39,999 bases of DNA from Candidatus Moraniibacteriota bacterium (GCA_030645735.1 JAUSNP010000002.1:1-39999); one strand, 5' to 3'; numbered from the stretch's first letter, positions 1 to 7,569 are shown. Numbers and translations are program-made. The notes: a model not told the origin generated them from the sequence alone.

Positions 1-119
1 AAAATACTGGTCCGGCGCGGGGCAACCGGTATTTTTTCGCGAATAAGTTGAAAATTTATTTTTGTACGAGCCGGCGGAGAGTTCTTTTTGTTACTTTTTC
101 TTGCGGAAAGAAAAAGTAA
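1..119 (-). repeat. Partial copy (cut by window edge) of structured repeat module B
   Basis: Identical to 32436..32554 over 119 bp by direct comparison; includes hairpin TTACTTTTTCTT-GCGGA-AAGAAAAAGTAA. Confidence 0.95.
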
Positions 120-120
120 G

Positions 121-160
121 GGCAATACTTTTATTTTGCAAAAATAAAAGGGCTGAACAA
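121..160 (-). repeat. ~40-bp AT-rich palindromic leader hairpin
   Basis: GGCAATACTTTTATTTTGCAAAAATAAAAGGGCTGAACAA closely matches the reverse complement of 32104..32145. Confidence 0.8.
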
Positions 161-172
161 TTAATCCAAGTT

Positions 173-200
173 GATTCCAGCTCAAGGCCGGAATGACAAA
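173..200 (-). repeat. TGTC-tagged REP-like hairpin, orphan copy
   Basis: Reverse complement TTTGTCATTCCGGCCTTGAGCTGGAATC differs by one base (keeping a G-T pair) from 6802..6829. Confidence 0.9.
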
Positions 201-208
201 CTCCACAA

Positions 209-1666
209 TCAAAAAGGCGCCTTTTCCTCATCCCGCCTTCTTCTGGAAAAATACAGAATCCCTATCAAAATTATATACCAAATCACAACGAAACCCCAAG
301 AAAAATTCAGGACTTCAACAGAAGCAAACTTGAGATTCGCCATCCATTCAATGATGCTCGTTTCATATTTGAGTGGCAAGAATGTCAGCCAAGCCAAGAT
401 TGTCGCCAAGGGCGGAAAAACAAAGGCCAACACCACCATCAAAAATCCCAGAAGCATTGTGAGCGGAATGATTGGCAAAACCAACAAGTTAGCCAGCGGC
501 GAAATGACTGACAATTTCTGAAAATCAGTGAGAATGATTGGCAGAACAAAAGCTTGCGCGCTCAAAGTCAAAAACAAAATCTCACTCAAAAAGGCTATAC
601 CATTTTTCTTAATCGAATATTTTTCAATCAATGGATAAAAATAGACAATTCCGATGGTTGCCAAAAATGACAATTGAAAACCCACATCCCAGCGCAGAAG
701 TAATGGATTAATCAAAAGCATCACCACGGCCGAAAAGACAATTGAATTTTGCGCATTGCTCAGGCGCCCATTCTTCATGGCCCACAAAATGAGTGACCCC
801 ATCACGCCCGCTCGCACTGCACTAGCTGGAAACCCCGTCATCACCACAAACAAAAAGATGCCGACGATGGCAAACCAGAAAGCTTGTTTGCGCCACAGTC
901 CCAAAAAAATTCCCAACAACATCAAATATTCTGCCACAATTGTCACGTTGTATCCCGACACGGCCACGATGTGCGTAAGACCAGTTTTGGAAAAATTGTC
1001 TTGCACCGCTTTGGACAATTTGTCATCCCCACCCAAAATCAAACCAATCAAAAGTCCCGATTGTGGAGCTGGCAACAATTTGATAATTTTTTCCTGCAAT
1101 CTATCTTTGAAATGCAGAATCATAGCGTAAGCTCGACTGCCCTGATTTTTCTCTAACAATTCGATTTTGGGATTTTTGCATAAATGCAAAATATTATCTT
1201 TGGCCAGATACATGCGATAATCAAAACCATTGAAATTTTCTGGAATTTCTAAAGTGCAACTAACTTTCAATTTATCACCGTATTCATAGGCATCATAAGA
1301 AAATATTGATATTAGAAACTTTTCTCTATTTTCCATCCGCACAACAATCTTCTGCGTTCGATCTTTGATTTCTGGTTCTTTAGTAATAATCACTTCACCA
1401 GAAAAATTTTGTTTCTCTTGATTCAACTGGATTATTTTTTCCAATCTGGCGGTTGTCAGCCAAACGCCAGTCAGAAAAAACAAAATTGCAAAAGTCACCA
1501 AATAGACTTGTTTGTTTTTATAGAAAATAAACAACACAATCAGTGCCACGATCAAAACCAAGAATAAATAAAAAATATCCACCATATGTGGATAATAAAA
1601 AGAAGTGCCAAAAATTCCAGCAATAAAACTCAAGGATAGCAGTAAAAATATTTTAGATTTGTGCAT
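209..1666 (-). CDS. comEC: ComEC/Rec2 competence membrane channel (no MBL domain)
   Basis: GLTHIVAVSGYNV, SAVRAGVM and GFQLSFLAT motifs; multi-TM protein; start placed at MHKS, 6 nt after TATAAT. Confidence 0.93.
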   Translation of the reverse strand: MHKSKIFLLLSLSFIAGIFGTSFYYPHMVDIFYLFLVLIVALIVLFIFYKNKQVYLVTFAILFFLTGVWLTTARLEKIIQLNQEKQNFSGEVIITKEPEIKDRTQKIVVRMENREKFLISIFSYDAYEYGDKLKVSCTLEIPENFNGFDYRMYLAKDNILHLCKNPKIELLEKNQGSRAYAMILHFKDRLQEKIIKLLPAPQSGLLIGLILGGDDKLSKAVQDNFSKTGLTHIVAVSGYNVTIVAEYLMLLGIFLGLWRKQAFWFAIVGIFLFVVMTGFPASAVRAGVMGSLILWAMKNGRLSNAQNSIVFSAVVMLLINPLLLRWDVGFQLSFLATIGIVYFYPLIEKYSIKKNGIAFLSEILFLTLSAQAFVLPIILTDFQKLSVISPLANLLVLPIIPLTMLLGFLMVVLAFVFPPLATILAWLTFLPLKYETSIIEWMANLKFASVEVLNFSWGFVVIWYIILIGILYFSRRRRDEEKAPF

Positions 1667-1697
1667 ACTTAAATTATAAACCACTCAGAAAAATTTA

Positions 1698-1727
1698 AAA
1701 GCCGGCAGGACACTGTCCCCCGGCTTT
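1698..1727 (-). terminator. Intrinsic terminator
   Basis: AAAGCCGG...CCGGCTTT stem followed by a T-run on the minus strand, after the small ORFs. Confidence 0.6.
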
Positions 1728-1748
1728 CCCTCCTTAAAAAATAATCTT

Positions 1749-1979
1749 TCAATGTCCGCGTCCAGGACATCTGGAAGATACCACGTCGACCCGCAAACTC
1801 AATTGTTCATGAGCTGTCTGAGCGCAAAGAAATTGCCGATTGGATTCTTCATCAGTTCTGCCAGCCAGCCTTTCTATGCATTTGGCTACAAACACCAGTC
1901 CAGCTTCAGTCTTCGAGCGCGCAGCTAAACATTCAACTTTGCAGGGACAACTATCGGTAACATCTGGTTTATCGTTCAT
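1749..1979 (-). CDS. Small Cys-containing hypothetical protein (76 aa)
   Basis: AAGGAG Shine-Dalgarno 8 nt before ATG (MNDKPD); terminator follows. Confidence 0.6.
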   Translation of the reverse strand: MNDKPDVTDSCPCKVECLAARSKTEAGLVFVAKCIERLAGRTDEESNRQFLCAQTAHEQLSLRVDVVSSRCPGRGH

Positions 1980-1996
1980 GCGTCGTTCTCCTTGAT

Positions 1997-2191
1997 CTAT
2001 CTTTTGCAATTGCATGGTTCATTGCCATGCTCAACACACCATGGTTTGCATGAGGCTTGCCTGAGGCATTTTGACACAGATCTATTGCAGGAAGTGCACC
2101 ATGGCTCACATGCTCCAGTGCGAAGACATTTTGACACTGGCTTGCCACAGGTTGTGCAAATATCTTAACTTGATTTCGTCGGCGCATCCAT
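1997..2191 (-). pseudogene. Cys-rich tandem-repeat peptide with in-frame TAA at codon 9
   Basis: MDAPTKSS*DICTTCGKPVSKCLRTGACEPWCTSCNRSVSKCLRQASCKPWCVEHGNEPCNCKR*; AGGAG 8 nt upstream; not in the ORF track. Confidence 0.7.
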
Positions 2192-2207
2192 ACATGATTC
2201 TCCTAAT

Positions 2208-2429
2208 TTAGGGTTTGACTTCAATTATTTTTATCTTGGCGGATTTTCCGCCAATTATTGCTAAGGTACTTTTAGGCACAGCAAAATATTCTGCTAGTAT
2301 CTTTATTAGCATAATATTGGCCTCGCCGTCAACTGGCGGAGCGGTCAGCTTCACCTTATATTCCCCTTCAGAAATTTTAGTCACCTCGTTTTTGGAAGAA
2401 CGCGGACTGACACGAACGTATATTCTCAT
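2208..2429 (-). CDS. DUF167/YggU (UPF0235) family protein
   Basis: VRVSPRSSKNEV...APPVDGEAN...GGKSAKIK signature; the ORF-track extension is REP sequence. Confidence 0.9.
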   Translation of the reverse strand: MRIYVRVSPRSSKNEVTKISEGEYKVKLTAPPVDGEANIMLIKILAEYFAVPKSTLAIIGGKSAKIKIIEVKP

Positions 2430-2453
2430 GATAATTTCTTTACAAATTACGCT

Positions 2454-2482
2454 GTAGAGACGAGGCAGTGCCTCGTCTCTAC
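2454..2482. repeat. GTAG-type REP palindrome
   Basis: GTAGAGACGAGGCAGTGCCTCGTCTCTAC; second copy inside parB at 34943..34970. Confidence 0.9.
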
Positions 2483-2491
2483 GCACAATTA

Positions 2492-3187
2492 CTACCGCCT
2501 TATTCCCATCTTCCCGAAATGTTTCTCGATTTTTTTCTGTATTTTTTCTAGATCAATTGTTTGACCCTTAGTGATTTTTTTCAAGTTTGGATCCAATATT
2601 TTTTGCTCTTCACGATATTCCTGTAGAAAATAATTTTCAGCGCCATCAATCCATTTAGCAATTTCATCAAAATCTTTTTCACTATGCAAGCCTGGCACAA
2701 CCGTGGTACGAAATTCATAGGGAATCTTGCTGTGCATAATCAAATTCACACTCAAACGGATTCGGTCCTTGTCCACTTTTGACCCAGTGGTTTTGTCATA
2801 ATTTTCCAAGGAACTCTTGATGTCCATGGCGATATAGTCCACCAACTTTTGATCAATTATTTTTTTCAAAACATCTGGGCGTGTGCCGTTGGAATCGAGC
2901 TTCACCAAAAAGCCCATCTTTTTTATCTTCTGAATAAATTCAATAATGTCCGGTTGAATAGTCGGTTCGCCACCAGTGATGCAAACTCCTTCCAACTTGC
3001 CCACTCGTCTAGAGAGAAATTCAAAAAATTCTTTTTCCGATTCCTCATTGTGCGCCAAACGCAAATCAACCAGCTCTGGATTGTGGCAAAAGGGACAGCG
3101 AAAACTACAACCAAGTGTAAAGACTGTCGTTGCAATTTTCCCTGGATAATCGAGCAGGGTCAATTTTTGAAAACCACCAAGTATCAT
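2492..3187 (-). CDS. nrdG: Anaerobic ribonucleotide reductase activating radical SAM enzyme
   Basis: CSFRCPFCHN, ITGGEPT, LDSNG and YEFRTTVVP motifs; downstream of nrdD. Confidence 0.93.
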   Translation of the reverse strand: MILGGFQKLTLLDYPGKIATTVFTLGCSFRCPFCHNPELVDLRLAHNEESEKEFFEFLSRRVGKLEGVCITGGEPTIQPDIIEFIQKIKKMGFLVKLDSNGTRPDVLKKIIDQKLVDYIAMDIKSSLENYDKTTGSKVDKDRIRLSVNLIMHSKIPYEFRTTVVPGLHSEKDFDEIAKWIDGAENYFLQEYREEQKILDPNLKKITKGQTIDLEKIQKKIEKHFGKMGIRR

Positions 3188-3322
3188 AAATTTATAAATT
3201 CAAAATTACAAATATCAAATAAAATTTAAATTATAATTTTCAAAATTCAAAACTATTTTGAATTTTTATTTTTTAGTCATTTTGATTTATTTGTGATTTG
3301 TAATTTTATATTTTGTATTTTT
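3188..3322. repeat. Degenerate heptamer inverted array
   Basis: A-rich heptads (AAATTCA, AAATTAC, AAATATC) then T-rich heptads (ATTTGTG, ATTTGTA, ATTTTAT). Confidence 0.75.
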
Positions 3323-3330
3323 AAAACCTA

Positions 3331-3364
3331 GGGCGACACCTGTTTTTATGACAGATATCGCCCC
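3331..3364 (-). terminator. Stem-loop, possible terminator or processing site between the small nrdD ORF and nrdG
   Basis: Minus strand GGGCGATATCTGT-loop-ACAGGTGTCGCCC pairs with G-U wobbles; weak T-tract follows. Confidence 0.45.
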
Positions 3365-3374
3365 GCTATCTTTT

Positions 3375-3537
3375 TTGGGCTCTACAATGAGATAGCTTAT
3401 GCAGTTCGTGCTCATTTTTGCCTCAGATTTGCTTTAAAAATTCTGAGAATGTATCAGCATACTTTGAAGAATTTTTTAAGCAAAGATGAGGTGAAAATGA
3501 ATGCGAAATGTGTGAGTTATTTCATTGTAGAGCCCAA
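3375..3537 (+). repeat. 163-bp long imperfect hairpin element (MITE/RPE-like)
   Basis: 16-bp perfect terminal IR TTGGGCTCTACAATGA; arms pair over about 70 bp, most differences being G-T on the + strand. Confidence 0.85.
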
Positions 3538-3541
3538 GATA

Positions 3542-3805
3542 TTAGCAACCACAAGCTGAGCCGCTAACCACAAATTCCATTCGATCTGCAAATTCTGCTT
3601 GTTTACCCTTATTCCATTGTTGCACTGGTCGGATATAGCCCACTACGCGAGAATATACTTCGGCTTTTTGGAAATTCTCCAAAGCTGAATTAGCCTCATG
3701 ACAAGTTTTGCATTTCACAAATGTTTCTTGTCCAACTTTGTAGGGCATGTATTCGTCATTGCACTCCAATGTTTTTCCACAGTCGTGGCATTTATAAGTT
3801 TTCAT
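3542..3805 (-). CDS. Stand-alone NrdD C-terminal glycyl-radical domain with zinc ribbon
   Basis: CHDC...CKTC followed by EVYSRVVGYIRPVQQWNKGKQAEF. Confidence 0.9.
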   Translation of the reverse strand: MKTYKCHDCGKTLECNDEYMPYKVGQETFVKCKTCHEANSALENFQKAEVYSRVVGYIRPVQQWNKGKQAEFADRMEFVVSGSACGC

Positions 3806-3903
3806 CTTTTTGCTTTCTGATCCGACGTTATCAAAAACTTCGAATCGAGAAATGTTTTATTTTTATTTATATTGAAAAAATTTAGATTGCCTCAAGTCCT
3901 TAC

Positions 3904-6108
3904 TTAGTCTTCCATCACAACTTTCAGATACACAGTGCTACTTTGCTCTGCCTTACACTTTGGACAAACCGCATGCTCGCCATTCAAATAACCATGCACT
4001 GGGCAGATACTGAAGGTTGGGGTGAGCGTGAAGTATGGCAAGGAATAATTCTCAGCAATTTTTCTAACCAAATTCTTAGTTGTCTCAATGTCCAAAACTC
4101 TTTCTCCCAAAAATCCATGCAACACTGTTCCGCCGGTATATTTGGTTTGAATGTTATCTTGCAAGTCCAATGCTTCAAAAATATCTTCTGTGAATGACAC
4201 TGGCAATTGAGAAGAATTAGTATAATATGGCGCTGAATCCTGCTCTCGCACAGCCTTGTCGTTGGCAAACAATGTATCCGGGAATCTCTTTTTGTCTAGC
4301 AGTGCTAGGCGGGTTCCAGTTCCTTCACCAGGAGACGCTTCGAGATTATACATATTGCCAGTTTCAGTTTGATATTTCACCATCCTATCTCGCATATGCA
4401 CCAAAACATCTTCGGCAAATTTTTGTCCTTCTTTGGTGGTGATGTCCTTGCCAATCAAATTTAGCAAAGCTTCATTCATACCGATAAGTCCGATAGTTGA
4501 AAAATGGTTGGCCCAATATTCATTGCGACGCATCTTGATAGCTTCCAAGTATACCTTGGTGTATGGATACAATCCTTTGTCAGTTAGGCTTTCCACCATT
4601 TTTCTTTTTGTCTCCAAACTATCCTTAGCCAGATCCATCAAGTGATCTAATTGCTGATAAAACTCTTTCTTGTTTTTCGAGGTATATCCCAATCTCGGCA
4701 TATTGATAGTTACCACTCCAATTGAACCAGTCAATGGGTTGGCTCCAAACAGCCCGCCACCACGCTTGTGCAATTCTCGATTATCTAGTCGTAAACGGCA
4801 ACACATTGAGCGCGCATCATCTGGGTCCATATCTGAATTGATGAAGTTAGCAAAATATGGAATACCGTATTTAGCAGTCATTTCCCAAATCGCATCAAAG
4901 CGCTTATCTTCCCAATCGAAATTCTTGTCGATGTTGTAGGTTGGGATTGGGAAAGTGAAAATTCTGCCATCCGCATCGCCTTCTGTCATTACTTCGGCAA
5001 AGGCGCGATTAATCATATTCATCTCCTCTTGGAAATCGCCATATTTTTCATTCTGTGGCACACCACCAATGATGACGGTTTCATTTTTGAGATTTTTTGG
5101 CGCTACGATGTCCAAAGTAATATTGGAAAATGGAGTTTGAAATCCAACACGAGTAGAAACATTCATATTGAACACAAAGGATTGAATTTCTTGTTTCACT
5201 TTGGCATAGTTCAATTTGTCATGGCGTACAAATGGAGCCAACAAAGTATCAAAGTTTGAAAAAGCTTGTGCTCCAGCCACCTCGCCTTGCAAAGTGTAAA
5301 TGAAATTCACCATTTGTCCCAAAATTGAACCAAGATGTTTAGCTGGCTTGCAAGCCACTTTGCCCGCCACACCAGTGAACCCACGACGGATCAAATCTTG
5401 CAAATCCCAACCGCAACAATAGGCAGCTACCAATTGCAAGTCATGAATATGAAAATCTCCACCTTCATGCGCATCACGGATTGCTTTGGTATACACGCGA
5501 TTCATCCAATAATTGGAACTCACAATTGAAGCAATGTAATTATTGAGTCCTTGCAAAGAATAGGCCATATTGGCGTTCTCTTTCACTTTCCAGTCGATTT
5601 CTTGAATATATTTGTCCACCAGATCAACTGCTTCTTTCAATGACTCTTCCGTTTCACGAATTTTTCGGTGTTGTTCACGATACAAGATATAGGCTTTGGC
5701 AGTTTCATCAAAATCCAAAATCATTAAAACTTTTTCCACTAGATCTTGTACCTCTTCGATTTCTGGAATAAAACCTTTTTTATAACTCTTGCTCAACATC
5801 TGCGCCACTTTGGTCGCAACTTTTTGCGCATCCCTCTCACTACCTTCACCTGTTTCAGCAAAAGCTTTCATCACGGCTTTAGCGATTTTTTTCGAATCAA
5901 AGGACACTACCTTTCCACTGCGCTTAACCACTTTCATAATTTCGTCTGCCTTTTTAGCTGCTACCGCTTTGGCAACAACTTTCTTAGTAACCACTTTTTT
6001 TGCGACTGTCTTTTTCGCAACGACTTTTTTCACCACAGCTTTCTTGGATGTCACCTTTTTTTCCCCAACTTTCTTTCCCCCATTTTTGTTTTTGATTTTT
6101 GCCATCAT
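3904..6108 (-). CDS. nrdD: Class III (anaerobic) ribonucleoside-triphosphate reductase, large part lacking the Gly-radical loop
   Basis: ATP cone (VVKRSGKVVSFD), HIHDL, YCCGW, SMCCRL, YYTNS, YTGG and CPVH..CPKC; no RVxGY motif. Confidence 0.95.
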   Translation of the reverse strand: MMAKIKNKNGGKKVGEKKVTSKKAVVKKVVAKKTVAKKVVTKKVVAKAVAAKKADEIMKVVKRSGKVVSFDSKKIAKAVMKAFAETGEGSERDAQKVATKVAQMLSKSYKKGFIPEIEEVQDLVEKVLMILDFDETAKAYILYREQHRKIRETEESLKEAVDLVDKYIQEIDWKVKENANMAYSLQGLNNYIASIVSSNYWMNRVYTKAIRDAHEGGDFHIHDLQLVAAYCCGWDLQDLIRRGFTGVAGKVACKPAKHLGSILGQMVNFIYTLQGEVAGAQAFSNFDTLLAPFVRHDKLNYAKVKQEIQSFVFNMNVSTRVGFQTPFSNITLDIVAPKNLKNETVIIGGVPQNEKYGDFQEEMNMINRAFAEVMTEGDADGRIFTFPIPTYNIDKNFDWEDKRFDAIWEMTAKYGIPYFANFINSDMDPDDARSMCCRLRLDNRELHKRGGGLFGANPLTGSIGVVTINMPRLGYTSKNKKEFYQQLDHLMDLAKDSLETKRKMVESLTDKGLYPYTKVYLEAIKMRRNEYWANHFSTIGLIGMNEALLNLIGKDITTKEGQKFAEDVLVHMRDRMVKYQTETGNMYNLEASPGEGTGTRLALLDKKRFPDTLFANDKAVREQDSAPYYTNSSQLPVSFTEDIFEALDLQDNIQTKYTGGTVLHGFLGERVLDIETTKNLVRKIAENYSLPYFTLTPTFSICPVHGYLNGEHAVCPKCKAEQSSTVYLKVVMED

Positions 6109-6148
6109 ACGGTTTTTAGAAATTAGATTAATTTATTTTATAAAAATT

Positions 6149-6601
6149 TTAATTGTTGTCTAGCATGTCCAGCTCTTTTTTGAAACTCTCTACACTGCCG
6201 AAAGATTTGTAGACACTAGCAAATCGCACATAGGCTACTTCATCAAACTCTTTCATTTTCTTGAGAACTATCTTGCCAATCTCTTTGGTGGTCACTTCTG
6301 TTTTTTCTAGAGACTGAATGGTGTATTCAATATCACCCAGCAGTTTGATTATTTTTTCTTCTGTAACCGGCCTTTTGATGAGTGCACGACGGATACCAGT
6401 TTCAATCTTGGATTTGTCATATTCCGTCTTCTCGCCGTTCTTCTTCACCACCGTCAGGCGCAACAATTCAATTTCTTCATAGGTCGAAAATCTAGATTCA
6501 CATTTGTTACATTCGCGTCTTCTTCGAGTGATTTTGCCTTCGTTAGTATCGCGTGAATCAACCACTTTTGTTTCTGCGTTATTACAGAAAGGACAATTCA
6601 T
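6149..6601 (-). CDS. nrdR: Transcriptional repressor NrdR
   Basis: CPFC, VVDSR, RRRRECNKC, ATP cone and VAYVRFASVY. Confidence 0.97.
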   Translation of the reverse strand: MNCPFCNNAETKVVDSRDTNEGKITRRRRECNKCESRFSTYEEIELLRLTVVKKNGEKTEYDKSKIETGIRRALIKRPVTEEKIIKLLGDIEYTIQSLEKTEVTTKEIGKIVLKKMKEFDEVAYVRFASVYKSFGSVESFKKELDMLDNN

Positions 6602-6611
6602 ATATTTATTT

Positions 6612-6686
6612 TAAAAGTTAGAAAGTTTTTAAAGTTTTTAAAGTTCAATATTTCTTTCGACTTTATGAACTTTTAACTTTATAACT
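6612..6686. repeat. Degenerate ~9-mer inverted array
   Basis: (AAAGTT..)x4 followed by (ACTTT..)x4. Confidence 0.65.
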
Positions 6687-6692
6687 AGTTAT

Positions 6693-6708
6693 ACACTACA
6701 TATAGTGT
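6693..6708. promoter_or_regulatory. NrdR box
   Basis: ACACTACATATAGTGT matches the acaCwAtATaTwGtgt consensus; lies just downstream of the -10 of the nrdR-nrdD operon. Confidence 0.88.
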
Positions 6709-6719
6709 AACTTGATACT

Positions 6720-6728
6720 ATTATACCA
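6720..6728 (-). promoter_or_regulatory. Extended -10 promoter of nrdR operon
   Basis: TGGTATAAT on the minus strand. Confidence 0.7.
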
Positions 6729-6785
6729 CAATTGAAAAACCCGCCAAGGGGCGGATTTTCCTAGAATTTTTAAAGCTTTTAGAAG

Positions 6786-6794
6786 TTATCCACA
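6786..6794 (+). promoter_or_regulatory. DnaA box
   Basis: Perfect TTATCCACA upstream of the nrdR promoter. Confidence 0.6.
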
Positions 6795-6802
6795 GCCACG
6801 AT

Positions 6803-6833
6803 TTGTCATTCCGGCCTTGAGCCGGAATCTACT
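6803..6833 (+). repeat. TGTC-tagged REP hairpin overlapping the GIY-YIG 3' end
   Basis: TTGTC-ATTCCGGC-CTTGA-GCCGGAAT-CTACT; supplies the stop codon of the gene. Confidence 0.92.
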
Positions 6834-7117
6834 AAGGTATCGCTCAAATCTTTCCATTCAGGATTAGACTTTTCAATCAATTCAAGCTTCCAAGCTCTTT
6901 TCCATTTTTTCAATTGTTTTTCTCTATGCAGGGCAGAACTCACATCCTCGCCTTGCTCAAAATAAACTAATTTATCAACATTATATTTTTTCGTAAAACC
7001 ATCTGCCAATTTATTTTTGTGTTCGTAAATTCTTTTGGGTAAGTTGCTTGTCACACCAACATACAAAACTCGGTTTGTTTGGTTAGTTAATATGTAAACA
7101 CAATATTGGTGTTGCAT
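6806..7117 (-). CDS. Small GIY-YIG nuclease (UPF0213/YhbQ-like)
   Basis: YCVYILTN..LYVGVT..RIYEHK..FTKKY..LVYFE..REKQLKKWKRAWK..NPEW; start at MQHQ. Confidence 0.93.
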   Translation of the reverse strand: MQHQYCVYILTNQTNRVLYVGVTSNLPKRIYEHKNKLADGFTKKYNVDKLVYFEQGEDVSSALHREKQLKKWKRAWKLELIEKSNPEWKDLSDTLVDSGSRPE

Positions 7118-7121
7118 AAAA

Positions 7122-7152
7122 AGTAGATCCCGGGTCAAGCCCGGGATGACAA
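7122..7152 (-). repeat. TGTC-tagged REP hairpin upstream of GIY-YIG gene
   Basis: Reverse complement TTGTC-ATCCCGGG-CTTGA-CCCGGGAT-CTACT; compensatory stem changes relative to 6803..6833. Confidence 0.92.
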
Positions 7153-7159
7153 TATTTTT

Positions 7160-7504
7160 TTACTCTGTCACAAAATCGAGTTGCTCCTTTGGAATCCCAA
7201 TTGATAAGCCATGTTGTACTGCCAGCTCCCAGGTAGCCTTGTCATCGAGTTTAAATTCAAATTTTTTACCCTTGAAAATAGCGATGATATCATTTCCGCT
7301 CCAAAAATGCATATACCATTTATCCAGTATTAAATTTGATAATTTTTCGATATCGTCCTCAGAAACTATGACAGTAAAAAGGTGCCAGCGATCGGCTGGA
7401 TTTTCATCTTTTGAAATTTTAAACCTAACAATTTCTAAATTATTTAGAATTAAATTATCCGACAAACTTTCTTCAATAATTACGCCTTTATACTTTTTGT
7501 CCAT
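7160..7504 (-). CDS. Hypothetical protein (114 aa)
   Basis: Globular-looking ORF (GVIIEESL..WYMHFW..GIPKEQLDF) in a same-strand run. Confidence 0.8.
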   Translation of the reverse strand: MDKKYKGVIIEESLSDNLILNNLEIVRFKISKDENPADRWHLFTVIVSEDDIEKLSNLILDKWYMHFWSGNDIIAIFKGKKFEFKLDDKATWELAVQHGLSIGIPKEQLDFVTE

Positions 7505-7569
7505 CTTATTATTTTTTTAATAGCTTTTAGTTTCCATTCGCTTTAAATTAGATTGAATTCGCGAGTATA

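Noticed and set aside
1587-1595. DnaA-box matches inside comEC and at 39474..39482
   Set aside because: Isolated intragenic matches, expected by chance in AT-rich DNA.
1969-2187. 72-aa ORF from the track
   Set aside because: Repeat conservation and synonymous changes favour the overlapping Cys-rich frame.
2430-2486. N-terminal extension MRRDEALPRLY on the DUF167 protein
   Set aside because: It is a translation of the GTAG REP; the family domain starts at 2429.
3806-3903. Intron or frameshift explaining the nrdD split
   Set aside because: The gap is only 98 bp with no group I/II features, and both ORFs carry their own zinc site.
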